From: Tortispora ganteri | Taxonomy: Eukaryota | DNA: 64,000 bases | Reading direction: 5' to 3' | Assembly (NCBI GenBank): GCA_003707115.1 | Contig: PPNB01000006.1 | Coordinates: 1 to 64,000 of the forward strand | Part shown: positions 19,039 through 32,474 of the stretch, piece after piece | Layout of the letters: every line of letters starts with the position of its first letter | Numbering within the stretch: position 1 is the first letter of the stretch | The notes under the pieces: model-generated | Told to the model about the DNA's origin: nothing | What the model saw: only the letters and a program-made list of their open reading frames with translations | Database searches by the model: none | Made by a program: the position numbers and the translations under genes

Positions 19039-20766
19039 ATGCTAAAAGATCCAAGCACTAAGTACAAGAAGTTCGTCGGCCCAAAGCTCGACAACCGGCA
19101 ATGGCCATCGAAGACTCTCGATAAGGCACCGCGATGGCTCGCGACTGACTTACGCGACGGAAATCAGTCTCTGCCTGATCCCATGTCAGTAGAGGAGAAA
19201 AAACAGTTCTTTGAAACACTTATCGACATTGGTTTCAAGGAGATCGAGGTCGCTTTCCCGTCAGCGTCTCAAATCGACTTCGATTTCACACGCTACGCAG
19301 TCGAGACTGCCCCCGAGGATGTATGGATCCAAGTTCTCTCTCCATGCAGAGAAGAACTCATCAAACGTACTATTGAATCTTTGACTGGTGCCAAAAAGGC
19401 AATTGTACACATCTACCTCGCCACTTCCGCCTGCTTCCGTGACATCGTCTTTGGTCTCTCCGAGGAAGAGAGTCTAGCCTTAGCTGTCCGTTGCACTAAG
19501 CTCGTCCGACAACTCACAAAAGATGATCCTAGCCAGCAAAAAACAGAATGGCGATTTGAATTTTCGCCCGAAACGTTTTCAGATACAAACCCTGACTACG
19601 CCGTCAAAGTGTGCCAAGCAGTACACGAAGCCTGGGGACCAACTAAACAAGACCAAATTATCTTTAACCTCCCTGCGACCGTGGAAATGGCTACACCCAA
19701 CATATATGCTGACCAGATCGAATACTTTTGTTCGAAAATGCCTGAACGCGACACCATATGCGTCTCTCTCCATCCGCACAACGATCGTGGTTGTGCAGTC
19801 GCTGCCGCCGAGCTCGCTCAGCTTGCAGGAGCCGACCGTGTCGAAGGATGTATATTCGGAAACGGTGAACGCACAGGAAATGTCGACTTGGTCACTCTGG
19901 CTTTAAATCTCTACACTCAGGGAATCAGCCCGAACTTGGACTTCTCTGATCTCCCCAAGATCGCCGATACTGTCGAAAAATGCAATAAAATCAAGGTCCC
20001 CGAACGTGCTCCATATGGTGGCCAACTTGTCGTCTGTGCGTTCAGTGGATCACACCAGGATGCCATCAAGAAGGGGTTCCAAAGAAGAGAACAAGAAATT
20101 GCGAGACTTGGAATCACCTCAAAAGAAGAAGCCGACAGAAAACTTATCTGGCAAATTCCATACTTGCCCTTGGATCCTCAAGACATAGGACGCACATACG
20201 AAGCCGTCATCAGGGTTAACTCTCAGAGCGGCAAGGGTGGCGCTTCTTGGATCATTCTCCGCAACCTCGAATTAGATTTGCCAAGGTCTCTTCAGGTCGC
20301 ATTCTCAAAAGTTGTGCAAAATGCAGCTGAAACTCTCGGTCGCGAACTCCTTGCGGCTGAAATCACTGATCTGTTCGCTAGAGAGTATTTCGTAAGTGAT
20401 TACCCTGCTCCATACACAGTGCTCGACTACGAGATCCTCAAGGACGAATCCAGAGAAGGCGGCCGTAAGTTCCAGGGCAGGATTCGTTTGGACACCGGAA
20501 AAGAAATCGATCTTAACGGCATTGGAAATGGTCCCATTTCATCGTTTGCTGACGCTTTATCGAAAGTACTCGAACCCAAGATCACAGTCAAGGATTACAA
20601 GGAGCATGCTATTGGCAAAGGATCCGAAGTGCGCGCTGTCACTTATATTGAAGTTGTCAGTGAAGACGGCAAGACCCGATGGGGTGTCGGAGTACACGAA
20701 GATGTTACTCTTGCCTCTTTGTCGGCTCTCCTCAAATCCTTGTGGTACTTCCGCAACCACGATTAA
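19039..20766 (+). CDS. LEU4: 2-isopropylmalate synthase
   Basis: TDLRDGNQSL, HPHNDRG, GNGERTGNVDL, AFSGSHQDAI, C-terminal regulatory domain; in-frame stop at 19021, so no N-terminal presequence. Confidence 0.96.
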   Translation: MLKDPSTKYKKFVGPKLDNRQWPSKTLDKAPRWLATDLRDGNQSLPDPMSVEEKKQFFETLIDIGFKEIEVAFPSASQIDFDFTRYAVETAPEDVWIQVLSPCREELIKRTIESLTGAKKAIVHIYLATSACFRDIVFGLSEEESLALAVRCTKLVRQLTKDDPSQQKTEWRFEFSPETFSDTNPDYAVKVCQAVHEAWGPTKQDQIIFNLPATVEMATPNIYADQIEYFCSKMPERDTICVSLHPHNDRGCAVAAAELAQLAGADRVEGCIFGNGERTGNVDLVTLALNLYTQGISPNLDFSDLPKIADTVEKCNKIKVPERAPYGGQLVVCAFSGSHQDAIKKGFQRREQEIARLGITSKEEADRKLIWQIPYLPLDPQDIGRTYEAVIRVNSQSGKGGASWIILRNLELDLPRSLQVAFSKVVQNAAETLGRELLAAEITDLFAREYFVSDYPAPYTVLDYEILKDESREGGRKFQGRIRLDTGKEIDLNGIGNGPISSFADALSKVLEPKITVKDYKEHAIGKGSEVRAVTYIEVVSEDGKTRWGVGVHEDVTLASLSALLKSLWYFRNHD

Positions 20767-20874
20767 GAAGCTGTGCGTTTTTTGTGGACAAAAAAGAAAC
20801 TAATTATTTTATGTTTTATATAATTTGATTTCAATGTTGTCTTTTTTTTTTCCTTTAGAAGTATGACTTTTTCT

Positions 20875-21633
20875 TTAAAAATATGAGTCGCCCTCTTTTA
20901 CGACGGCCGTATCCAGTAGACTCACGGCACCTTGGCCGTTGGTGAGATCACCAACGAGTGTTTCCAAAGTGCGGTATTTACCAGGTTCTATGAAAGCAAT
21001 GCATTCCCATTCAGTATCCCAATCTTCCGATTCAACAGATTCCAAAAGCGGTATAATTTTCTCTTTGTATTTCTTGGCATCTTTGGATGACTTGATGGAG
21101 ATCCTGACTCGCATACGAGCCCTCGATATCGGAATTATCTGCGACTGCACTAGAGTCTTTATTGCGTCCAGAGCTTGGGCTTTAGCAGCTTTGTTCGGGC
21201 TAGTGTTAAAGCCAATCTCGCTAAGAGTCTTCTCAATAATGCTCGCAGGGTAAGGTCTTAAATTTGTGGGATTTACACATCGAGATGCAATAATTTGAAC
21301 AATTTCAGCATGCACCTGACTCAGCTGTTGCTGGCGCTCCTTTCCACCCACCTGCAACTCACCTTTCATCAGTATCTCACGAATTATCTTATCTATATCC
21401 GTAGTATTGAAAGCTTTCATGAGATCCTCATTTGGCGCCACCTGTCCTTTACTGACATTGTAGAAAACAGTCGAAATCTGTACTACCTCGTCAATATTGG
21501 TCTCTATACCCTTGCGCCAATCTTGCACTTTGTTCTGGTAACATGCCACCTCAAATCGTTTCTTTCCCTTCTTCATACGTACAATTGACACATTGGTCAA
21601 TTTGATCTGCGTATTTGGCTGTTGGATAGGCAT
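20875..21633 (-). CDS. SDO1: SBDS ribosome maturation factor
   Basis: IKLTNVSIVRMKKGKKRFEVACY, NVSKGQVA, AKAQAL. Confidence 0.96.
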   Translation of the reverse strand: MPIQQPNTQIKLTNVSIVRMKKGKKRFEVACYQNKVQDWRKGIETNIDEVVQISTVFYNVSKGQVAPNEDLMKAFNTTDIDKIIREILMKGELQVGGKERQQQLSQVHAEIVQIIASRCVNPTNLRPYPASIIEKTLSEIGFNTSPNKAAKAQALDAIKTLVQSQIIPISRARMRVRISIKSSKDAKKYKEKIIPLLESVESEDWDTEWECIAFIEPGKYRTLETLVGDLTNGQGAVSLLDTAVVKEGDSYF

Positions 21634-21936
21634 TTTTTTTTTTTCTATCGATTAGTTGTTCGTGGTGGTATGTTAAAATACCAAATAAAGTAAATTTGCT
21701 TCTGCATGAAAAATAAGGTTTGGGATTTACCTATTTGAGTTAACTATATCGATCTGATCAGGGTCTATAATTGGTCAAAATCTTGCATTCTATTTGTTGT
21801 CTGAATACCCTTTTGTTTAACGACCCTTAAGACCACGTTTTCGGCCCTTGACTTCTTTAACTAACCTGCATTTCCCTTCTCCTATTGAATATTCTCTTTC
21901 AGTTTACTTATTTTTGCATCTTAACACTTTACCACT

Positions 21937-23885
21937 ATGGCTTGGAATTTAGGTATACGTCAGTTGTCTGACGAAGTAGACGTTTCAGGTACGTACAGCT
22001 CAACCTATTTTGAACGCGGTCTAACGCGTCATTCTTTCTAGATTATCATAGACCCGTCTTGTTATTATATCTTTACATATACTAACTATCTTAATTAGGC
22101 ACGATTGTGATGCTCACTGACAACAACGATCAGCTAGGCTCTACGGGTGAGCAAACTCCTGCTCCTTCTGACAACCTCAAGCGCTCGAAAACCGGTATCA
22201 TTTTGCATCCTCAGCCACGTGATAATCCTAATGACCCTCTCAATTGGCCCAGATGGCAAAGAGAACTTGCGTTAATAGTCATCGGTTTCCACTGTTTTGT
22301 CGGCGGTGGACAAACGCCTATACTTGCCTCAGGGTTCACGCAGCTCTCCGAAGAATTCGATGTCCCTAAAAGCACACTCGCTTACCTCGTCGGTGCTTTC
22401 ATGCTTGCTCTAGGTCTTTCCTGTCTTATTGCATCACCTGTAGCTATTCTTTGGGGTAAGCGAATGGTATATTTAGTGGGCATTCTGTTCTTTCTCGCTG
22501 GCGCTCTTTGGGGAGGCGCATCGCATTCATTCGGCTCATTACTCGGCGCTCGTATAATCATGGCTATCGGTGTGTCTCCATGCGAGTCTCTTCCTTCTTC
22601 TTCTATTGCCGAGATTTACTTTCATCACGAACGCGCCTATCGTTTAGGCATATACACACTTCTTCTTTTAGGAGGAAAGAACTTAGTCCCCTTGGTCTCT
22701 GGCTTCATTATCAACGATCTTGGATGGAACTGGGTCTTTTGGATCTTAGCAATAATTGTCGGTCTTAACTTTTGTCTTACGTTTTTCTGTGTTCCTGAAA
22801 CCTTCTGGTTGAGAGACCCTGTCCCGAACAAGCGATCGCAGCGCGAGACACATCTCGCACATCTTGCCTCTCGTGCACGAAGATTGAGTCGCATGTCTAA
22901 TGCTTCCCCTAATGCTGAAGTTTCTTTTTCCGTGAGCGAGCCTAGAGTCATACCATATGTTGAGTCTTCTCCAATTGACTCAGAGCTCACATCTTTTGAT
23001 TTGCGTGTCAGCACTGAAGAAGCGCCCGGCCAGCTAGATGTTGAGAAAAACGCACATGGTAGCGTACCTGATGAACCGGAAGATCCTGCTATCTCTGCTG
23101 GAAAACGCGTTGTTCGAACTGCATCTACCTCGTCTGCTAATATACCGAAGAAACCGTATCTGAAAAGATTAGCAGTATATAGTGGAAGACACTCCGGCGA
23201 GTCGTTTTTACGTCTTTTCATCCGTCCTGTTCTACTGTACAGCTATCCTGCTATTTTATACTCTACTCTTTGCTACTCGTTAGCAGTTGTTTGGCTGATT
23301 GTGATGTCAGAGTTACTGTCACAAGTATTCAGTGCTCCTCCGTACAACTTCAGTTCAGATATTGTGGGATTGCTGTATGTGTCCCCTTTTATTGGAGGTG
23401 TACTTGGAACTGCTGTGATTGGTAAGGTATCGGACATGGTTGTAAGAAAAATGACACAAAAGAATGGAGGTGTTTACGAGCCAGAGTTCAGACTAGTAAT
23501 GATAGTGTTTGTATTCCTGTCTATCACAATTGGGTTGATGGGATTTGGTTGGTCTAGTGAAGTCGAAGATTCGTGGATTGTTCCCACGGTATTTTTTGGT
23601 ATTATATCGTTTGGATGTTCGCTTGCATCAACTACTGCAGTTACTTACGCTGTTGATTCTTACAGAGTTTTTGCATCAGAGTCGCTGGTTTCATTAAATC
23701 TGTTCAAGAACATTCTTGGATTTTGCTTTTCCCTGTTTACTAATGACTTTGCGGCACGTGCAGGGTACAAGACTACATTTATAGTGTTTGGATCTATTCA
23801 GATATTCATCAGTATACTTGCTATTCCACTCTACATGTACGGCAAGCATTTCCGCCATTGGACTGATCAGCGACAGCGCGTTTAA
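21937..23885 (+). CDS. MFS transporter (HOL1/DHA1-like), 2 exons: 21937-21988 and 22099-23885
   Basis: Spliced N-terminus MAWNLGIRQLSDEVDVSGTIVML; PQPRDNPNDPLNW, HERAYRLG, NGGVYEPEFRL; multi-TM. Confidence 0.9.
21989..22098 (+). other. Spliceosomal intron (110 nt) in MFS gene
   Basis: GTACGT donor, TACTAAC at 22080-22086, TAG acceptor; joins in frame with the 22107 ORF. Confidence 0.85.
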
Positions 23886-24114
23886 GGTGTACGCGGTGTG
23901 TGCGCGCTAAGAAACGCATAAAGGTACTGTTTTAGGACAGTTCTAACAATTCTTTTTTTTTTTTTTGCGCAATTGCATTTATTCTCTTTGCATTTCATTC
24001 ATTTGTATGTTACATACGTTCTATTTATTTATTGTTTTGAAGAATATGTGATATTCACACCAATAAAGGCGCGCTCCCAAGGACATGAGAAACTTACCTT
24101 TAACCTGCATCTAA

Positions 24115-25896
<1,782 letters not shown>

Positions 25897-25975
25897 AAAC
25901 TCTAATTTCTGGTGTTGCCCTCCCATTCTCGAACAGGTTTTTTTTTTTTACTTTTTATAGAGCAGGTTCATTGTT

Positions 25976-28028
25976 ATGGCCAAGAAATGGAAACATAAGA
26001 AATCGGTATGTATATGGCAATTTGCGATAGAAAAGAGAGAGATGGAAAGTGCTAACCGTACTTTAGGGTGGTCGAGATCAAAGAGATCGAAGAGATCGCG
26101 GATCTAGCAACTGGACCGAAATAGAACGTAAAAATGAGAAGTTTGAGTCGTATTACAAAGAGCTAGGAATTATTCCAGAATCTGAATGGGATCAGTTTAT
26201 TGCTTCATGTCGAGAAATTTTGCCAATGACGTTCAGAGTAACGGGCTCGCAGCCATTCACCGAGGAGGTACGTAATCTGATCAAGAACAAATATGAGCCC
26301 AAACTGCAGAATATCGTATGGGAAGGTCAAGAAGTGCAACCGCCAATGGTACTTCCTTGGTATCCTGGAAATTTGGCGCTGCAGATGAATGTGGGGAAGC
26401 ATGTGATACGCAAAAACAAGCCGTTTGCTGATTTTCAGAAATTTCTAGTCGCAGAGACAAACGTGGGCCATATTTGCAGACAGGAAGCAGTCTCTATGAT
26501 TCCTCCAATTGTGCTTGATGTTAAACCACACCATACGGTTATTGATTTGTGTGCAGCGCCTGGCTCGAAGACTGCACAACTGCTGGAGTTCTTACATGAC
26601 ACCAAAGACGGGTCTATGCCTACAGGGTTGGTTATTGCTAATGATTCTGACGCTGTGCGTTCGCATATGTTGGTACATCAAGTTAAGAGGCTTGCATCAC
26701 CGAATCTGATAGTTTCTAGTCATGATGCACAACTATTCCCGAAGATCAAGACTGAATCGGGCGCGTTTTTGCAATTCGATCGTGTACTAGCCGACGTTCC
26801 GTGCTCAGGTGACGCCACAATGCGCAAAAATATAAACGTATGGCGTGATTGGAACACAGGTAATGGTATTGGACTTCATCAGACACAGTTAAATATTCTG
26901 ATGCGTGGAGTCAAGATGCTGAAACCTGGTGGACGGATCGTCTACTCCACATGTTCACTGAACCCCATCGAGAACGAGGCTGTTGTAGCTGAAGCTTTGC
27001 GTTTATCTAAAGGCAAGCTCAAACTTGTCGACTCCAGTTCAATGCTTCCTGGGTTGAAGTTCCGACCGGGTCTCTCGACCTGGAAAGTGATGAACAAGTC
27101 TTTCCAGTGGATCACCGAGCCCGAAGAGAAACATCCGAAGAGCCTATTTCCTCCTGTTTCTGAAGAAATAGAATCACTGAACCTCAATTTATGTATGCGC
27201 GTGTACCCACATCTCCAGGACACTGGCGGATTTTTCATTGCTGTTCTTGAGTTAGAAGACGACGGACGTCCATCCAATAAGAAGCAGCGTGTGAATGACG
27301 ATGAAGACACCGAAGCAGAACCAGCACCAAAACTTGAAGCAAGCAAGAAGAAATTGCCGCGAGATGCAAATGAAGAGCCTTTTAGGTTTGTGAAGCAGGA
27401 TCATGAAGTACTGGATTCCTGTTATTCATTCTACGATATCAAGCCGGAGTTTACGCGTAAAGCACTATTTGTCCGAAACGCCACTGGTGAACCGGCAAGA
27501 ATCATCTACTACCTGTACCCAGAACTGCGTCAGTACATTGAATTAAATGAAGGTCGACTTAAACTCGTTCACGCAGGTATCAAAATGTTTGCAATTCAAA
27601 AGAACCCTGGCGAATGTCAATGGCGTGTCCAATATGAAGGACTTCGAGTGCTTTTCCCCTACTTGTCGTCCAATCGCGTGGTCAGTTCTGGTCTAGAGAA
27701 CTTGAAATTTCTTTGCGAGAATGCTTTCCCGAAACTTGATGATATCCAAGATGCCGAGTTTAAAGAAAACGTATCTAAACTGAGCATCGGTTGCGCTTTT
27801 TTGGTCGTAAACAACGCTGAAACCAAAGAGAACATGCTTTTCCCACTATGGAGAGGACAGAACTCCATTAATCTGATGCTCCCGCGTGAAGATACAATGG
27901 AGCTATTACTGCGTGTATTTGGAATTCATATCATCATCAATAAAGGTGATGGAAAGACTTACGCTCCTAAAGACTCAAAACCGGCAGAAACTGATGATAA
28001 ACTGGCCGTATACGACAATGCAGATTAA
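25976..28028 (+). CDS. NCL1: tRNA m5C methyltransferase (Trm4/NSUN2), 2 exons: 25976-26005 and 26067-28028
   Basis: Spliced N-terminus MAKKWKHKKS-GGRDQR...NEKFESYY; RQEAVSMIPP, DLCAAPGSKT, DVPCSGD, YSTCSLNP. Confidence 0.94.
26006..26066 (+). other. Spliceosomal intron (61 nt) in NCL1
   Basis: GTATGT donor, TGCTAAC 26050-26056, TAG acceptor; exon 2 in frame with the 26220 ORF. Confidence 0.88.
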
Positions 28029-28260
28029 TTTCTTACGAATAATTCGTCTTCTTGCTTTATGTGTAATCATAGTATATATTGACAAATAGTTGATTTAAAA
28101 TAAATCCAATATTTGGTTTTGAACTCTCTAGCCGTTAATCAGCATGTACATTGCCCATGCTAGTAGTTAATGTATCATTATGGTTCATTTCAAAGTTTCA
28201 TGTCTATTATGTTAATCGAACAAACAAGAAACCAGTCTTGGAAAAACCCGTCTTCAGGTT

Positions 28261-30357
28261 CTATTTCTCTTCTTCTTTTTTGTCGTCTTTCTCTTCTTCT
28301 TTTAAGACTTCTTTTTCGGCTTCTCCTTCGTCTTCGGTGTCCGTATCGATCACCTCCCAGTTATACGGAGCAAACTTATCTTCTCCGTCTTCTTCAGCAT
28401 CACTAGAGTCTGATTCATCATCTTTATCCTCTTCGTCACTGTCTGTCACTTCTTGCACTTTCGGAATCTCGTCAGGCTTTTCTATGCAGAGGTTCGTCGT
28501 CACAGCGGCATAGCTCACAGCACTTCGAGTATATGGATTCGTAACAACCTTTCTAAATTGAGAACCAGCGTATACACTGCTAGACTCCTCCTCTGTGTTG
28601 AAGGTTGTGACACGACGATGGATAATTCCAGAACCAAAGTGGCATGTAGGTACCAATTCAACATCAAACCTGAACTCGCCAAGTTTGTCTGGAACAGGAG
28701 CTGGAGTCATAGATTTAAAAGTGCTAACCTTAACACGAACAGGTTTAGTCGAGGATGGATCGACAGAACTGAAATCATTGCTTGCGTAGTGTGTGACTTG
28801 GTGCAAATCGTCAACTAACAGCCCTTCGCGCAAATTGAAAGAGACGCAATACCAAGAAGGATCATAAACCGTAGGCAAAAATGGAGTTCGTCCTAGATTT
28901 AATTTGGTTCCTTCCAAATTTGTTTTGGCAGGATCACGCAGTATTTCAGCATCCTCAATGTATTCAAGATCATTGACATCTATTTCTAGAGGAACATAAG
29001 CATGTGATGCTGGAGTAACGACAAATTTCACAACAATATGTGCAATTGAATTAGGTGTCACTTTTGTTTCACCTGGTACTTTGAAATAGGAGTCGATGAT
29101 GTTGAGAATTGGTATGTCAGCAGCATATTTCACAGCCTTCTTTGCTTTATCGTCGTCGTCAATGGCAAGATATGCCTTCTGCTTTTCAAGGGTCATTCCT
29201 GGCTTAAATAGATCAAGAATACTCCTCTTACTGGGAGCAGGGAGAGCAGGATCTGTTTCCGAGGATTTTTCCAGAGCCTCTGACGTGACGTAGGGAAGCT
29301 GAAGTAATTCACTATCGCCAGGATACACTGCCTGACTAAAATGACGCATGACATTGATCACTGCAATAGTAGATTTGTAATTACGGAAAGAAGAAACAAG
29401 GGTTAGTAGCGCTTTCAAAATTATGGGAATGCGAGCAGCAATAGTAAGCATATTAAGATGTTCAATTTCATCTAGCTCGACGCGGTTCAAATAAGCATCA
29501 ATAAGAGCTCGAACGTATTCGGGAGACGAAGTAGGAAGCAGTATTTTAAACTCTTCAGCTTCCGAAATCATATCTAAGACGTCCTCTTCAGTGATTACGT
29601 CAAAATGTCTGTTAGCGATTCTCCTGATCAGCTTATCTGCAGTAGTCATGTGAATGCCTGATTGAGTATAGCTCTTAGATTTTGACCACCAGCTGCTTAC
29701 CATTGATGGGAGAAGTAAACCAACAATAAGAATGTAGAGGAACACGACGTACGGTGAGCCGGTCTCTATGAGAAAAGCGGGCAATGCAATGCCGTGTTTA
29801 GTTTCCTGCATGCCTTCCGGGTGGCCATATAGACGGAGGTTTTCTTTTACGGCTTCGTCTGTAAGGGCCTTATATGCTTGAGTTAATTCCAAGAATCTGG
29901 CTTCATCGGCTTCGCGTTCTTCTTCCGGGAGCCGGCCGAGTTTATCGGGGTGGTAGCGCAGGGAAAGTTGGCGGTATGCAGTTCGCACTTGACTGTCTGA
30001 AGCAGAAGAGGACAGGCCTAGCATTTCATAGGGGTCATAAACAGACACTGTAGCATATGGAGAAGACCAGATAGTAGAAAAGATCGCAATGAACAAAATC
30101 CAACCTGTGACTAAGATTGATATAGTTACAGGCGACCAACGTGATTTTGTCTCAATTTCGCGTTTTGTCGACTTGACCAATTCTTCCTTCGGAGGTGAAA
30201 ATAAACCATCAAGTTCAGATGGGATAAAGTTTCTTCGCTTTTTTAGCGTTTTGTACAATGAGAGAGAACTGGGGATAAGTATAGCGCCTAGCACGGTCAA
30301 GGCGAAGTAGGGCCACGTTTCACCCTGCTCATCGTAACTGTAGCTACGATCGCTCAT
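28261..30357 (-). CDS. SEC63: Translocon J-domain subunit
   Basis: YSYDEQGETWPYF N-terminus, 3 TMs, J-domain HPD, YGHPEG..GIALP, acidic tail with IDTDTE. Confidence 0.95.
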   Translation of the reverse strand: MSDRSYSYDEQGETWPYFALTVLGAILIPSSLSLYKTLKKRRNFIPSELDGLFSPPKEELVKSTKREIETKSRWSPVTISILVTGWILFIAIFSTIWSSPYATVSVYDPYEMLGLSSSASDSQVRTAYRQLSLRYHPDKLGRLPEEEREADEARFLELTQAYKALTDEAVKENLRLYGHPEGMQETKHGIALPAFLIETGSPYVVFLYILIVGLLLPSMVSSWWSKSKSYTQSGIHMTTADKLIRRIANRHFDVITEEDVLDMISEAEEFKILLPTSSPEYVRALIDAYLNRVELDEIEHLNMLTIAARIPIILKALLTLVSSFRNYKSTIAVINVMRHFSQAVYPGDSELLQLPYVTSEALEKSSETDPALPAPSKRSILDLFKPGMTLEKQKAYLAIDDDDKAKKAVKYAADIPILNIIDSYFKVPGETKVTPNSIAHIVVKFVVTPASHAYVPLEIDVNDLEYIEDAEILRDPAKTNLEGTKLNLGRTPFLPTVYDPSWYCVSFNLREGLLVDDLHQVTHYASNDFSSVDPSSTKPVRVKVSTFKSMTPAPVPDKLGEFRFDVELVPTCHFGSGIIHRRVTTFNTEEESSSVYAGSQFRKVVTNPYTRSAVSYAAVTTNLCIEKPDEIPKVQEVTDSDEEDKDDESDSSDAEEDGEDKFAPYNWEVIDTDTEDEGEAEKEVLKEEEKDDKKEEEK

Positions 30358-30640
30358 TTTACACTTTTATAACCGCAAACGTGACAAAAACTGTATCAAA
30401 AAGAATGCTCAATAAGATATTAGCGCGCCAGCTGGCTTTGTCGGTAGGTGTATGCAAAGTGTTCGAAGTGTATGTGTGAGACACGCAGAGAACACACCCT
30501 CTAAATTGTTGTGGTCAAATATCAAAAATCTTGTACTTTTCAATGAGGGTTAGGGTATCATAATTGACTATATACTCAGTTATTTTCGAATCAGGACTAC
30601 TTTATTTTCTTTTTGTTGGCAGTGCCACCTGGGTTCAAGT

Positions 30641-31405
30641 ATGTCTGTATGGAGTAATATTGCTGTTTACAGTCCATTATTGCTGATTGCATTTGCTTAT
30701 CTGCGCTGGACACGGCCTGGAGCTGCTGACGGGGTTGCTGAGGCCGATCACGATAGCGAGATCGACGAGCGTTTAGCAGAGGCACACGACAATGTGCCTG
30801 CCGACAACGATACTAGAGATGTCAATGACGTACCTGCTCATGCGAGAGCCAATGACCTTGAAGCTGAAATAGATAATGTGGCAAACGATGATATTGAAAC
30901 GGTGGGTCCATCTATTGTTCGCACAAAGAAGATCGGAAAAAAGAAAGCCAAATCGATCGCTCGTAAGGATCAAGTGAAGCAATACAACGAATATATGCGA
31001 ACAATGAGTATTATGGAGCGTGAACGGCAAGAGGCAGACGAAGAGCAGTTTCGCGAAGTACGCGAGTATGCAACGCAGCGGCGCCGTGAGATTGAGGAAG
31101 ATCTAGAGAAGCGACGGAATCAGGCTAGACAAAGGGCTAAGGAAATAGAAGAAGCGGCTAGAGCAGCCTATGAGGGAGCTTTAAAGCGATTACGGAACAT
31201 CAGGCCTGGTGAACGGGTAAAGGTCGACACTGAGGCACTAGAAAAAGCTGCGTATGCCTTAACGGATGGATCGTCATTTCTCACTAGCCATAAGTACTTT
31301 ATAAGGCTAACAGAGGACCAAATTTATAAAATACGATCACGCATATCCGAAAAAGGGTACATGAGCAACGAGGATATATTAAGCGAGGTGAACTCGCTTT
31401 TTTAG
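30641..31405 (+). CDS. Membrane-anchored coiled-coil protein, DDRGK1/UFBP1-like
   Basis: N-terminal TM, acidic linker, KKIGKKKAKSIARKD, long E/R helix, C-terminal FIRLTEDQI..I...I.EKGYMS..DI..EVNSLF resembling the DDRGK winged-helix end. Confidence 0.6.
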   Translation: MSVWSNIAVYSPLLLIAFAYLRWTRPGAADGVAEADHDSEIDERLAEAHDNVPADNDTRDVNDVPAHARANDLEAEIDNVANDDIETVGPSIVRTKKIGKKKAKSIARKDQVKQYNEYMRTMSIMERERQEADEEQFREVREYATQRRREIEEDLEKRRNQARQRAKEIEEAARAAYEGALKRLRNIRPGERVKVDTEALEKAAYALTDGSSFLTSHKYFIRLTEDQIYKIRSRISEKGYMSNEDILSEVNSLF

Positions 31406-31559
31406 GAATGCTATGATAACCACGAATAACAGGAAAAACAAAAAGGATTGTTGATAATGTTAATAGATTAAAAATAGCGTACAAATAGATATACAGTGCC
31501 CAATATATCTACAACTACAGAAAAGTTATGAGAACATTCAATACATCGATCATGTCTAA

Positions 31560-32213
31560 TTAACGGTTAGACTTGGCAACACGCTCAAGTTCGTCTTTCT
31601 TCTTGATAGCATAAGAGTTGGGAGAACCCTTGGCGGCATTAATGAGTTCCTCAGCAAGACATTCGGAGATGGTCTTAACGTTACGGAAAGAGGCCTCACG
31701 GGCTCCAATAGTAAGGAGAGAAATGGCCTGGTTAACACGACGGAGAGGAGAGACATCAACGGCCTGTCGTCGAACAGTTCCAGCAGAACCAATACGAGTA
31801 CTGTCTTCACGGGGACCACAGTTGGCAATAGCATCAACGACGACTTGGATGGGGTTTTGGTCAGTGAGAAGGTAGATAATCTCCATAGCGTGCTTGACGA
31901 TGCGAACAGCTTTGAGTTTCTTACCGTTGTTGCGTCCGTTCATCATCAAGGCATTGGTAAGACGTTCAACAATAGGACATTGAGCCTTACGGAATCGCTT
32001 GACTGCGTAACGGCCGGCGCTGTGCGGGAGATAAACAGGCTGTCTGATTTGGATATAGTCGGTCAATGAGATATCCTTAACTTCAACACCATCAAATGTC
32101 CATTTATTAAAAAGTTTTACGCTATCAGCCTCAGCAACAACATCCTCAGGAAGAGGGGTAGCTAAAACATAAGGAGCAGCCTCAGTGTATTGTGCTTCTT
32201 CAACTTCAGCCAT
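31560..32213 (-). CDS. RPS5: 40S ribosomal protein S5 (uS7), intronless
   Basis: [37 protein letters not shown]. Confidence 0.98.
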   Translation of the reverse strand: MAEVEEAQYTEAAPYVLATPLPEDVVAEADSVKLFNKWTFDGVEVKDISLTDYIQIRQPVYLPHSAGRYAVKRFRKAQCPIVERLTNALMMNGRNNGKKLKAVRIVKHAMEIIYLLTDQNPIQVVVDAIANCGPREDSTRIGSAGTVRRQAVDVSPLRRVNQAISLLTIGAREASFRNVKTISECLAEELINAAKGSPNSYAIKKKDELERVAKSNR

Positions 32214-32261
32214 ATTGAGTAAGATGATTCGAACAGTTGTGCGTCGGCCTTGGGTCTTTGG

Positions 32262-32345
32262 TGTGACTACGTTACTAATTCTAAGACGTGACTGGTGTTT
32301 TTGTAGGGTTAACTGTTGCTATAGCAATATACAAAGGGTAAGGGT
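32262..32345 (-). promoter_or_regulatory. RPS5/DBP6 promoter cassette: Homol-D-like x2, GTTGCTATAGCAATA, Homol-E-like AGGGTAAGGGT
   Basis: TGTGACTA 32262-32269, CGTGACTG 32287-32294, GTTGCTATAGCAATA 32315-32329, AGGGTAAGGGT 32335-32345. Confidence 0.7.
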
Positions 32346-32474
32346 AAACCAATCGTGCGGCTGATATTCCCAACTTCTCACTATTTTGAACCTTCGCAGT
32401 TGTGAAGATTTAGTAGTATATTGAAGGTTTCTTTGTAGCCCTTTTTTTTTTACTGTCAGTGAGGCTTCTACTAT

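Noticed and set aside
22637..23221. 194-aa antisense ORF inside the MFS gene
   Set aside because: Shadow frame of the MFS central loop
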